A DNA stretch of 64,000 nt from a virus. The DNA lies in the IMG/VR virus record IMGVR_UViG_3300027763_000040, positions 34,874 through 98,873 of that record. One strand, 5' to 3'. Shown piece by piece: positions 44,960-54,757 of the stretch. Positions within the stretch are counted from its first letter, which is position 1, and each line of letters starts with the position of its first letter. The notes beneath the pieces are model-generated. The model saw nothing but the letters and a program-made list of their open reading frames with translations, searched no databases and was not told the origin of the DNA. The position numbers and the translations under genes were made by a program.

Positions 44960-47900
44960 TATGCCTGCGCCTCCGTCCAAGAAAGTCTTGTTGCAACGTT
45001 TGTCGCAGTTGCTGACAAATTAGTTGCAACAATTGTAAGTGTATCAGGACCATCTGGATAAATTCCTATTCCACTTGTTGCCCCACCACCACCAAGAATA
45101 CAATTACCTAAGTCTCGAACCTGGGTAAGATCAATGGAATTTGCTCCAGATCCAACGAAGAAACCAGCAGTAACCTCACCACCAATTACCTGAACTCCAG
45201 TTGCTCCACCAACAGATGCATAATCAGCAATTTGTGCCAGACTTGAATTTTGAATATTAGCGACATTACCAACAGCATTTGTCCAATTTGTTGCAGTACT
45301 TGGAGTTGTATTCAAAAATGCTCTTACAAGAATGTTAGAGTTTGCCGTAAGTGAAGTAAGATCGAGAGCAACAAGTTTTAACTGCATTCTATTAATTAAT
45401 TCTCTTGTCCCAAATGATGCTGCAACACCATTATCAACTGATGGGGCAACACGAATTGCAATTAGTGCTCTTGTTGAACCAGTAGCTCCCGTTGCAGCAA
45501 GAGTAGTAATACCAACTTGCCCATAGGTAAAGATCAAGGATTTATCATCATCAAATCGTCCATCCATAATCACACTTGTTCCCCAGTGAGAGATAGAAGG
45601 GCCATATGTTGGGAATGCAAGTTCAATGGCCGTTGGGTCAGTTGCTGAATAAGTAAATGTTTGCCCAACAGTTGCACCCATTGGAGCGATTGTTACTGTT
45701 GGATTTAATGCTGTTGATGCCTGACTTAAATAAATAGTACCAATTCCAAGAGCACTGACATAAGTACTTTCAGGAAAACCACCAATAACTCTTTGACCTA
45801 CTTGTAAATTTGTAGTTGATCCAGTTGCTATATTTGATCCCAATGGAACTGTAAGAGAAAGAGAAGCATTACCTGGTTTTCCTCTTGTTAATCCAATAAA
45901 TGTAGTTGTTCCAATACCAGTATAATTTACATACTCATAAGTATTTGCATTTCTTATAACCACTGTTCCTGCACTAGGGAACCCTAATGTACTTGCAACA
46001 CTTACCAAAGTATCTCCAGAGTTTAAAGTTGATGTTAGATATGTAGTTGCAGGAACACTTATAGACTCATACCTTGCTGGCAAATTTCCAGTTCTCAAAT
46101 ATGCTTCGGTATTTACATTATTATTGACCTGTTTGTGACAATAAATTACATTACCATCAGCACCTCTAAATCCCCAACGAACAAATCCAGCACCATACCA
46201 AGAATAATCCAAGTAAAACATCTGCATCTTGGATAAATCAAGATTATAACCAGAAGGACCAGTACCATCACACTTGTCAAGGTTCCATTGTGACTGTGGA
46301 ATTTTTGTTTCTATAGTCTCCGAAATAATCACGAAGTCAGCAGTTGCTCCTCTATATGAAGGAGAAATCGTCATACTTGTATCACTTGCAATATCAACAA
46401 CACGATATGACTGTCCACGAAGAACAATAAAATCACCAATATTTAATTGTTTTGAAAATCTAGTTGGAAATGTTTCATTTGTCTGTACTACAGCATTATT
46501 TCCACTTACAACACTCACTCTTCCCGAAAGTTGGAAAGTAGAGTTTCTACGAACTGCATAAAGTGTTTGACCATCAAATTCAAAAAAGATTCCATTTTGA
46601 GAATCAAATGCACCAAGACGATTAAAGCACCCATACCATCCAGATATATTACAAATATATGTACCAGAAGCAATTGTTGCAGACGGTGTTGTTAATGGAG
46701 TATATTGAAAAGTATTATAACCAGTAACGGAAGTTATATTATAAGATCCATTATATCCAGTTTCATTTGCACCAGAAATTGTAATTGTGGTTCCTGGAGT
46801 TGATGCTTGAATATTATGTTGTTCTTTAGTTTGAACCGTAACAAGATTCGTTGCGGGATTATATGTTAACGAATCAATTTGAAGATTTGGTTTAAGAGAA
46901 GTACCAGAACTAACTTGTATACCTTTGCCAGACTGATAACGAAAATATCTTCTTGTTTGACGAGTTGCTGATTCAAAGTTTGAAGATGCATTATTTGAAA
47001 AAATAACTCCACCATCAAAAGGGCGATGTAAAAATTGACCTTGCGGTCTTACATAAATTAAACCACCAGTTGGAACTGCTGATGGGGTATTATTTGCATA
47101 ATAAACAAATTGAGTTGAACTATTAATTGTTGTAACAACGAACGAACCATTTGCAACAGTTTCAGTTGTACCAATTACTGCAATCTGATTTCCAATTGCA
47201 AGACCATGAGGAACTGTTGTATTTACCGTAATTTCTGTTCCAGAAGTCCAAGCAAATGAAGGAGTACTCCCAATTGCAGCACTAGTATAAACAATACCAT
47301 TATTAATTACTGTTTTATTCGGATCAAAAATATTTGTTACTGTTCCAGTATTTGTTGCTCTTGCCGTATAAGTAAAAATTGTATTGCCAACTCCACTATT
47401 TGTTTCTACAATGAAGTTACCATTTGCAATATTTAAATAACAATCCTGAACCGAAATTGCAGTTCCTATGCCAGGTGCTGCACCCTGCAATCCAACAGTA
47501 ACAGTTCTTGAGTTTGTTGGAATATTAATAGAACTAATTGTTGCAATACCAATTGCAGAAGGAAATGAGAATGGACGATTATTAATCATCGCCAAGTTTT
47601 CCCACTTCGTAATTTGAGTACCATACTCAAAGTCAGTATCAATCAGTGCTTGTGCTTGAGATGTTCTAAATTTATTTACAGGATCAGTATAAATTTCTGA
47701 TGGAGTAAACTTTTCATCGTACTCATCTACAATAATTTGAAGTTTATCTGTACTACTCATTGCGGCAGTACTATAATTCAATACGATTGTGGTTGTAGTT
47801 GTATTACCACCACCAGAAGTTAATACTGTATAAGCATTTGCTTTTAGATTCGAATCAGAAAAATTATAGATTACTGTGTTCGTCGTCACATTGGTAATCA

Positions 47901-47997
47901 ATATCAATCGTTCCCTCTGTATAGCACGAGGAATGACTATGGTATTTGTGGAAGGTGTAAATGTATATCCCGTTTCCAGTATTGCCTTTCTTGCCAT
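44959..47997 (-). CDS. Large virion structural protein (1012 aa)
   Basis: LILITNVT...IYNF, DTDFEYG.Q.TKWE, RQTRRYFRYQSGKG and YSWYGAG motifs of cyanomyovirus structural proteins. Late promoter at 48019-48025. Confidence 0.7.
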   Translation of the reverse strand: MARKAILETGYTFTPSTNTIVIPRAIQRERLILITNVTTNTVIYNFSDSNLKANAYTVLTSGGGNTTTTTIVLNYSTAAMSSTDKLQIIVDEYDEKFTPSEIYTDPVNKFRTSQAQALIDTDFEYGTQITKWENLAMINNRPFSFPSAIGIATISSINIPTNSRTVTVGLQGAAPGIGTAISVQDCYLNIANGNFIVETNSGVGNTIFTYTARATNTGTVTNIFDPNKTVINNGIVYTSAAIGSTPSFAWTSGTEITVNTTVPHGLAIGNQIAVIGTTETVANGSFVVTTINSSTQFVYYANNTPSAVPTGGLIYVRPQGQFLHRPFDGGVIFSNNASSNFESATRQTRRYFRYQSGKGIQVSSGTSLKPNLQIDSLTYNPATNLVTVQTKEQHNIQASTPGTTITISGANETGYNGSYNITSVTGYNTFQYTPLTTPSATIASGTYICNISGWYGCFNRLGAFDSQNGIFFEFDGQTLYAVRRNSTFQLSGRVSVVSGNNAVVQTNETFPTRFSKQLNIGDFIVLRGQSYRVVDIASDTSMTISPSYRGATADFVIISETIETKIPQSQWNLDKCDGTGPSGYNLDLSKMQMFYLDYSWYGAGFVRWGFRGADGNVIYCHKQVNNNVNTEAYLRTGNLPARYESISVPATTYLTSTLNSGDTLVSVASTLGFPSAGTVVIRNANTYEYVNYTGIGTTTFIGLTRGKPGNASLSLTVPLGSNIATGSTTNLQVGQRVIGGFPESTYVSALGIGTIYLSQASTALNPTVTIAPMGATVGQTFTYSATDPTAIELAFPTYGPSISHWGTSVIMDGRFDDDKSLIFTYGQVGITTLAATGATGSTRALIAIRVAPSVDNGVAASFGTRELINRMQLKLVALDLTSLTANSNILVRAFLNTTPSTATNWTNAVGNVANIQNSSLAQIADYASVGGATGVQVIGGEVTAGFFVGSGANSIDLTQVRDLGNCILGGGGATSGIGIYPDGPDTLTIVATNLSATATNVATRLSWTEAQA

Positions 47998-48028
47998 AAT
48001 TAATGAATACCTTTGTTATATTTATCAG

Positions 48029-48334
48029 TTATGTAAAAGATGTGATTTCATCAATTTCAGTATATACAATCACAGATTTATCAGTATTTTGTCTCATATA
48101 AGTTCCTGTTCCAGATCCATAAGAAACTCCAGCAAATTCATCACCAATAATGTCGTATGGTTTAAAAACATTAGCAGTTAATGTTGTAACTCCTATATTT
48201 TCAGAAAACTCTGAAGAATAGTATGTTCCAACAGATCCAGCAGATGCGGCAATTCCATTATCATTTGAAGTTGTATCATCAAACTCATTCACGAGCATTG
48301 ATGCATATTGATCTAATCTTCCTACAATTGACAT
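48029..48334 (-). CDS. Hypothetical protein in the fibre island
   Basis: 101-aa ORF co-oriented and tightly packed; EFD/EIDE motifs. Confidence 0.65.
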   Translation of the reverse strand: MSIVGRLDQYASMLVNEFDDTTSNDNGIAASAGSVGTYYSSEFSENIGVTTLTANVFKPYDIIGDEFAGVSYGSGTGTYMRQNTDKSVIVYTEIDEITSFT

Positions 48335-48335
48335 A

Positions 48336-48965
48336 TTATCCTGCTACAAAATCTAAACTATTTGTAGTTGAGTTATATTGTATATAGAAGTTCGTGCTAG
48401 AAGAAGTTCCACCAAATCTTACTTTATTATCAGATTGAACGCGAACATCTCCACCAACATCAGCAGAAAATTGTGGAAATGTAACTCCAATACCAAGTCT
48501 CCCACTTGAGGGTACAAATGTTAGATTGGTTTGAGTGATTCCAATTGAAGTTGCACTCGTATTTGTAACAAATCCAATATATTGTGGAGTATTTGAATTT
48601 GATTCAGAAATAGTTAAAGAAGATGATCCTCCTCCACCACCAGAAACACCCTGAACACCTTGGCCAGCAAATAATCCAGAAAGACCTTGAATTCCAAGAT
48701 TACCTTGAAGACCTTGAGTTGCTTGAGTACCTTGAGCACCTTGGCCAGCAAAAAGACCAGGAACACCTTGAGTACCTTGAAGTCCTTGAAGTCCCTGAAC
48801 ACCCTGTCCAGCAAATTGTCCAGCAAGACCTTGACGTCCTTGAAGACCTTGAAGACCTTGAGAACCTACACCTTGAACACCCTGAGTACCTTGAAAATTG
48901 CCTGGAAGACCTGCAATTCCTTGAATGCCTTGAAAAGATCCTCCAAGTAAACTGGATAAAAGCAC
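48336..48965 (-). CDS. Short collagen-like fibre protein
   Basis: G-X-Q triplets followed by an [13 protein letters not shown] fibre segment. Late promoter at 48988-48994. Confidence 0.8.
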   Translation of the reverse strand: MLLSSLLGGSFQGIQGIAGLPGNFQGTQGVQGVGSQGLQGLQGRQGLAGQFAGQGVQGLQGLQGTQGVPGLFAGQGAQGTQATQGLQGNLGIQGLSGLFAGQGVQGVSGGGGGSSSLTISESNSNTPQYIGFVTNTSATSIGITQTNLTFVPSSGRLGIGVTFPQFSADVGGDVRVQSDNKVRFGGTSSSTNFYIQYNSTTNSLDFVAG

Positions 48966-49025
48966 AGTTTTAACTTACTATTTTAAATATTTATTCTTTC
49001 AATTAATAAAATTATAAAACAACAT

Positions 49026-50015
49026 CTATATTCTAGTCACAATCAAATATCCATCTCCAGTATTATATCCAATTACACTAATTGTAGATTGAGAATAACT
49101 TCCCCCACCACCAGCAGTAATAGTACCTGTGCTTTCTCCACTACCTCCACCGCCAGAATATCCACCACCACCTCCACCACCTCCAGCGTTTCCATGAGTT
49201 CCTCCACCACCACCAAAACCCCCATATGCAGTATTAGTACCACCAGAATTTCCACCTTGCCCACCATTTACAAAAGCAAATCCCAATCCACTAGTATTAC
49301 TGGCAGCATTTGTACCGTCAGTCAGTAAACCTCCTCCACCTCCACCCCATCTAGATCCACTCCCACCTACTGCACCAGTTCCACCATTTCCAGAAGTTCC
49401 ACCAGTACCATATCCTTCACTACTATTAGATCCAGATGTTCCAGATTGCCCATCACTTCCAGAATAAAGTGTTGCTGAGTTAGTGGTAGCACCTCCTCCT
49501 CCACCAGCAACTATAATGGGACTATTTCCAGTGGTTGTCATAAAAGTTCCACCACCACCACCACCAGAACTAGTTACATATACAGATCCTTTTTGTCCAA
49601 CCAATATTTTATATTGTTGCCCCGCCACTAAGGATATGGTAGATTCAATAACAATTCCCCTACAATAAGTAGCAAAATTTCCATTTTGTCCAGCAGCACC
49701 AGCAGCACGAATCGTGTAGTTTCCAGTAGCAGGTGCAGTCCAATTTTGTATTCCAGATGAAACGGAAAAATAAGTTGAATACCAAGATTGTGATGTGTAA
49801 CTTGAGACTGCTGCAAATGAAGTTGGTCCATTTCTTCCAGTTGCACCACCAGTTGTAAAGGTAAATGTAGTGAAGTTATAAATACCTCCACCACTATTAT
49901 CATTAGTTCCACCACCAGTCCATTTAGTTCTATCAAAAGGTACTGAATATCCATCCAATACTTTGCCAGGAACAAACCCGCCGCTAGAAGTTTTACTTGT
50001 AGTTCTGACTGCCAT
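49026..50015 (-). CDS. Glycine-rich-domain protein (ALK/LTK-like Gly-rich domain)
   Basis: GIQ.WT.P.TG.Y.I.A.GA.G, ILVGQ.G, GGGGGTF, IVAGGGGG, GGFGGGG and GGGGYSGG motifs. Confidence 0.75.
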   Translation of the reverse strand: MAVRTTSKTSSGGFVPGKVLDGYSVPFDRTKWTGGGTNDNSGGGIYNFTTFTFTTGGATGRNGPTSFAAVSSYTSQSWYSTYFSVSSGIQNWTAPATGNYTIRAAGAAGQNGNFATYCRGIVIESTISLVAGQQYKILVGQKGSVYVTSSGGGGGGTFMTTTGNSPIIVAGGGGGATTNSATLYSGSDGQSGTSGSNSSEGYGTGGTSGNGGTGAVGGSGSRWGGGGGGLLTDGTNAASNTSGLGFAFVNGGQGGNSGGTNTAYGGFGGGGGTHGNAGGGGGGGGYSGGGGSGESTGTITAGGGGSYSQSTISVIGYNTGDGYLIVTRI

Positions 50016-50037
50016 ATGAAAAACCTATAAAGTTTAA

Positions 50038-50823
50038 TTAAAGACCAAATCTTCCCTTTTTATCATTAAAATTTTGCAATACTTCTACCGAAGAAAGTCC
50101 TCGGTTATAAACTTGCACCACACCAATATTACCAATATAATATCCATCACCACCATTTACCCATGTATTTCTATATGCCCCGATTCTCCAATATCCACTA
50201 GAGTTTTCAGCATTAGATGCAGTATTTGTTGCAATCGATACTCCATTGACATACAATCTTACGGTAGTTCCTTCTCCACCATAAGTTCCCGCAACATGAT
50301 ACCAGTTATTATCATTATATGTTAATGGCGAAATTGCAGATTTAACTGCCCCATCATAAACACCAAAATATAGTTTCCCATCAGTACCTATGTAAATCTG
50401 CCTATCATGTGCATCAGCAGTAGTTCCTATTCGAGCAGATTGAAACCCAATTATTTTTTTACCATTAGCAGCGGCAGTTTTAAACCAAGCACTAATAGTA
50501 AAAGATTGGGGATTTGTATATAGTGTTGTTGTATAAAGATACTGACTGAAACTATCAATAAAAACTACAGAACCTCCATTTTCAGTACTATAATCAGGTG
50601 CAGTTCCAGTAAATGCAAGAGTTCCAGTATTACTAGTACCACTTAAATCAGTCACAGTAGTTCCAGATCCTGGCCAGGAACTAGTATTACCAAAATCATA
50701 ATGTATGATCAATCCACTAGTTACTCCACCAGATTCAATCGTAGTTCCACCACCAGTTCTTTTGGTAGATCCAAATTTTGCTCCTTTAATAGATCCAATA
50801 ATTCTTGTACTCTTTATTGACAT
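50038..50823 (-). CDS. Concanavalin A / LamG-like lectin-domain virion protein
   Basis: GL..HYD....S.PGSG...DLSG, FTISAWFK, W.HV..TY, LYVNG and YNR.LS..EV.QNF motifs. Confidence 0.85.
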   Translation of the reverse strand: MSIKSTRIIGSIKGAKFGSTKRTGGGTTIESGGVTSGLIIHYDFGNTSSWPGSGTTVTDLSGTSNTGTLAFTGTAPDYSTENGGSVVFIDSFSQYLYTTTLYTNPQSFTISAWFKTAAANGKKIIGFQSARIGTTADAHDRQIYIGTDGKLYFGVYDGAVKSAISPLTYNDNNWYHVAGTYGGEGTTVRLYVNGVSIATNTASNAENSSGYWRIGAYRNTWVNGGDGYYIGNIGVVQVYNRGLSSVEVLQNFNDKKGRFGL

Positions 50824-50836
50824 AATGAATCAACCA

Positions 50837-51244
50837 TTAAATATCAGTATCACCGATAATCTGATAGTTTATCGCACTTCCAATACCTGCCCCACCAACA
50901 GAAAGACTTGGTTGAGTAACCTCCACAACAATCTTTTCTTGATTTACAAGAACAAGAGGATAATTCGTTTCAAAGAAATACGTTTCATTTGTTCCAAGAT
51001 CAACTCTCGCCAATCGAAAGGAAGTTACTCCAACACCAGAAACTGCAACTGTACTTGGATAAACATAAATTGACGAAGTTGCAGTATTAAGACCAGTATT
51101 ATGCATAATAATACTTCTCAAATAAGTAGTAGAAGCAATGCCAACACCACCTGCAGTTGGAGTAGTTCCTACAGTAAAAATGCCAACCGTAGCAATTCCA
51201 GTTACTGATTGAATACTTAATAATTTAGTTCTTCTAAGTGCCAT
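50837..51244 (-). CDS. Small beta-rich virion protein
   Basis: 135 aa with a YPLVL....KI.V pattern. Late promoter at 51259-51265. Confidence 0.65.
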   Translation of the reverse strand: MALRRTKLLSIQSVTGIATVGIFTVGTTPTAGGVGIASTTYLRSIIMHNTGLNTATSSIYVYPSTVAVSGVGVTSFRLARVDLGTNETYFFETNYPLVLVNQEKIVVEVTQPSLSVGGAGIGSAINYQIIGDTDI

Positions 51245-51261
51245 TATCTTTTTTTAAATAT

Positions 51262-53835
51262 TTATGAGAAAAGTGCAGCGTCAAGTTCATTTATAGTACC
51301 AGTACCTCCTCCCGATCCTGTAGGTCCTGTAGGTCCTGTAGGTCCTGTAGGTCCTTGTGGACCTAATGAACTGAATACTTGCCAGGTTGTTCCATCATAT
51401 ATTAAATCTACAATTGTTAATCCCAAATCTAATGTTAGATCTTCAGACAATCCTTCAATTGTACTACCATTTCTTGCAACTGTTAGGTTATACGTTACCC
51501 AATTTGCACCATCAGATATACGGACAATATTTCCAGTTGATGGAGTTGCTGGAAGAGTAATTGTAAATGCTCCACCAGAAGTATTTGCAATAATTTGATC
51601 CCCAGTTGTTGCAGTATAGTTTGCTGTTTTATAAATCCAACTTGATAATCCTCCTCCTCCGCCACCACCAGATCCTGCTGGACCTTGAATTCCTATGAGA
51701 CCTTGAAGACCTTGAGAACCAACACCTTGAAGACCTTGAAGACCTTGTGATCCAACACCTTGAAGACCTTGGGATCCTTGAGTACCAGTAGATCCAATAC
51801 CAACAGTTCCCTGAAGACCTTGTGATCCATCACCTTGTAATCCTTGAGAACCTTGTGAACCAACACCTTGAAGACCTTGAAGGCCTTGAGTACCAGTGGA
51901 TCCAATACCAATAGTTCCCTGAAGACCTTGTGATCCAACACCTTGAAGACCTTGGTTTCCTTGAAGACCTTGAAGACCTTGAAGACCTTGAAGACCTTGA
52001 AGACCTTGAGATCCTTGAGAACCAGTAGATCCAATACCAATGACTCCTTGAAGACCTTGAGTACCTTGAGTACCTTGATTTCCTTGAGTACCTTGATTTC
52101 CTTGAGTACCCTGAGATCCTTGAGTACCAGTAGATCCGATACCAATGGTTCCTTGAACTCCTTGAAGGCCTTGAGAACCTTGTGATCCAATACCTTGAAG
52201 ACCTTGTAATCCTTGAGAACCTTGAGTACCAGTAGATCCGATACCAATAGTACCTTGAAGACCTTGTAATCCTTGAGAACCTTGAAGACCTTGTAATCCT
52301 TGAGAACCTTGTGATCCAATAGTTCCTTGAACTCCTTGAAGGCCTTGAGAACCAATAGTTCCTTGAAGACCTTGAGATCCTTGTGATCCAACACCTTGAA
52401 GACCTTGGTTTCCTTGAGCACCTTGCAAACCAGCACCAAAAGGAGTAGTCCAAGAAACTCCAGCACCAGTAGAAACTAAGATTGAATTAGCGGCGCCTAC
52501 ATTATTGTAAACATCATAAAGACCAGAACGAAGTCTTATATTCCCACCAACATCTAATGTAGTATCAGTAACTTGCATCCCACCGACAGCAAGTCTTACT
52601 CCATTAGGAATTTGATCAGTGCCAATACCCACTCCATAATTAAATAACCAAGCATCAGTATTCAGTCCAGTAAAGGAACCAGACTTCAACCACATAATTT
52701 GCTTATATGTTCTTGGAATATTATCAGTACCAAAACCAACATCAATATCAAATAATGGACTTCCTTCAGTTGACGCAATAGCAATACCACCATGATTTGC
52801 AGTGGTATCAGTTGAAACATCTTGGTTTAATGTATTTGTAGTAATACCAAGGACAATATTTTTGTCCTTAATTTTAACTTCATTAACAGCAAGGAATGCT
52901 GTTGTACCTCCAATAGTAATATTTCCACCAATATAAAGATTGGATCCATCAAAAGTAAAGTTATTGGATCCAGTTGGATTATTGGAACCATCCTTATAGA
53001 CGACTTGATTAGCACTACCTGCTACTGGGCCAGAAACACCTTGTGTTCCCTGAGTACCCTGGAGTCCTTGAGTACCTTGGGATCCTTGGGATCCTTGGGA
53101 TCCAGTAGATCCAATGCCAATAGTTCCTTGAAGACCTTGCGATCCTTGAGTACCTTGAAGACCTTGAAGACCTTGAAGACCTTGAAGACCTTGCGATCCT
53201 TGAGATCCTTGAAGACCTTGAGATCCTGTTGAACCAATACCAATAGTACCTTGAAGACCTTGTAATCCTTGAAGACCCTGAAGACCTTGAGATCCAACAC
53301 CCTGAAGACCCTGAAGACCTTGGAGTCCTTGAGATCCAGTAGATCCAATGCCAATAGTTCCTTGAAGACCCTGAAGACCTTGAGTACCTTGAAGACCTTG
53401 GAGTCCTTGAGATCCTTGAGATCCTTGAGATCCAGTAGATCCAATGCCAATAGTTCCTTGAAGACCCTGAAGACCCTGAAGACCTTGGAGTCCTTGAGAT
53501 CCAGTAGATCCAATGCCAATAGTTCCTTGAAGACCCTGAAGACCTTGAGTACCCTGCGATCCTTGAGAACCAGTAGATCCAATGCCAATAGTTCCTTGAA
53601 GACCTTGGATTCCTTGAAGACCTTGAGTACCCTGGGATCCTTGAGATCCAATACCCTGAAGACCTTGTGATCCTTGAGTACCAGTAGATCCAATACCAAT
53701 AATACCTTGAGTTCCTTGAGAACCTACAATAATATTTGGCACCAATTCCCATCCTTGGCCATTCCACTTCCAAGTTTTCGTTCCTATAGAAGTAGTAAGA
53801 CCTATTGTTGGACTGATTGGAAAATCAAGTGCCAT
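51262..53835 (-). CDS. Collagen-like tail fibre (857 aa)
   Basis: MALDFP.SP...W.WNG..W N-terminus, two G-X-Q tracts around an IKDKNI.LG domain, and a C-terminal ANT..GAFTITLPATP...NLTVARNGSTIEG domain. Late promoter at 53856-53862. Confidence 0.85.
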   Translation of the reverse strand: MALDFPISPTIGLTTSIGTKTWKWNGQGWELVPNIIVGSQGTQGIIGIGSTGTQGSQGLQGIGSQGSQGTQGLQGIQGLQGTIGIGSTGSQGSQGTQGLQGLQGTIGIGSTGSQGLQGLQGLQGLQGTIGIGSTGSQGSQGSQGLQGLQGTQGLQGLQGTIGIGSTGSQGLQGLQGLQGVGSQGLQGLQGLQGLQGTIGIGSTGSQGLQGSQGSQGLQGLQGLQGLQGTQGSQGLQGTIGIGSTGSQGSQGSQGTQGLQGTQGTQGVSGPVAGSANQVVYKDGSNNPTGSNNFTFDGSNLYIGGNITIGGTTAFLAVNEVKIKDKNIVLGITTNTLNQDVSTDTTANHGGIAIASTEGSPLFDIDVGFGTDNIPRTYKQIMWLKSGSFTGLNTDAWLFNYGVGIGTDQIPNGVRLAVGGMQVTDTTLDVGGNIRLRSGLYDVYNNVGAANSILVSTGAGVSWTTPFGAGLQGAQGNQGLQGVGSQGSQGLQGTIGSQGLQGVQGTIGSQGSQGLQGLQGSQGLQGLQGTIGIGSTGTQGSQGLQGLQGIGSQGSQGLQGVQGTIGIGSTGTQGSQGTQGNQGTQGNQGTQGTQGLQGVIGIGSTGSQGSQGLQGLQGLQGLQGLQGNQGLQGVGSQGLQGTIGIGSTGTQGLQGLQGVGSQGSQGLQGDGSQGLQGTVGIGSTGTQGSQGLQGVGSQGLQGLQGVGSQGLQGLIGIQGPAGSGGGGGGGLSSWIYKTANYTATTGDQIIANTSGGAFTITLPATPSTGNIVRISDGANWVTYNLTVARNGSTIEGLSEDLTLDLGLTIVDLIYDGTTWQVFSSLGPQGPTGPTGPTGPTGSGGGTGTINELDAALFS
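51675..53720. repeat. 9-bp-period collagen-coding repeats (ccttgaaga and variants), two tracts
   Basis: Directly visible at about 51675-52430 and 53035-53720. Confidence 0.9.
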
Positions 53836-53887
53836 GTTTATATCTCTTTAAAAGTTATTTATTTTATGTTTGGTTATCATACTAAAG

Positions 53888-54757
53888 TTATCCCCATTTA
53901 GTTCTAAGACTACTTATAACTGATGCCCTTTCTGTTGAGTCCATAGATCTATTATAAAATGCAAATTCACATGCAACTAATGCTGGATAAGTAGTATTGC
54001 CACTATAATCTACAGGTCTAATTTGAAAATATCTATTTGCATCTACTTGTGTAGAATAAGTTATTCCAGAAATTGTACCTGAAGAAGTATTCGCAGAACC
54101 TAGACTAGTATTATATGAAACGTTATATACGCTTCCAGTAACTGTAACAACATCATAATGAACAAAAGATGTTGATCCCCTATTACTACCACTAGTAATA
54201 GATACAGCCTTTGATGCGGCAGCATAATTAAAAACATCAAGTTCATCATTAGAAGAATTGACCCAATAAGTTCCATGATTAAAATCATAACTATAACCAG
54301 CCAAATACCACCTATACATTCTAGTATAATTTGAAATTGTTGTTGTGTGTTTCCAAACAGAAATCCAAGTATAAGAATCTGATGCTCCTATATTTGGAAA
54401 AGCATTTCCATCAGAATTTAAAAATGCTCCTTGATTTTGAGTACCAGTATTCGATGCTAAAGACAAACATTTTATTCCATTTTGAGTACTAATTGTAGTT
54501 GAAAAAGTACCAGTACCAGATCTTTTATGATAAAGTTGTGGAGTTGTGGATGATCCTCCAATAGAATTTCCAGCTGCTGAGGTAATTGCAGTACCATCCG
54601 TAGTATAAGTAGTTCCAACAGCATCTGCTAATACAGAAAAATCCCAATGAGAATATAAACTATTTGTTGGTATTACTCCAGAATATGATGCAGATGATAC
54701 TTTTTTCCTACTATTAAATCCAAATCCAGAACTAATCCTATTGACAATTGGAGACAT
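53888..54757 (-). CDS. Divergent ConA/LamG-like virion protein
   Basis: L..HWD N-terminal strand and E...YNR.....R..V...L..KWG C-terminus typical of phage lectin-like domains. Confidence 0.6.
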   Translation of the reverse strand: MSPIVNRISSGFGFNSRKKVSSASYSGVIPTNSLYSHWDFSVLADAVGTTYTTDGTAITSAAGNSIGGSSTTPQLYHKRSGTGTFSTTISTQNGIKCLSLASNTGTQNQGAFLNSDGNAFPNIGASDSYTWISVWKHTTTISNYTRMYRWYLAGYSYDFNHGTYWVNSSNDELDVFNYAAASKAVSITSGSNRGSTSFVHYDVVTVTGSVYNVSYNTSLGSANTSSGTISGITYSTQVDANRYFQIRPVDYSGNTTYPALVACEFAFYNRSMDSTERASVISSLRTKWG

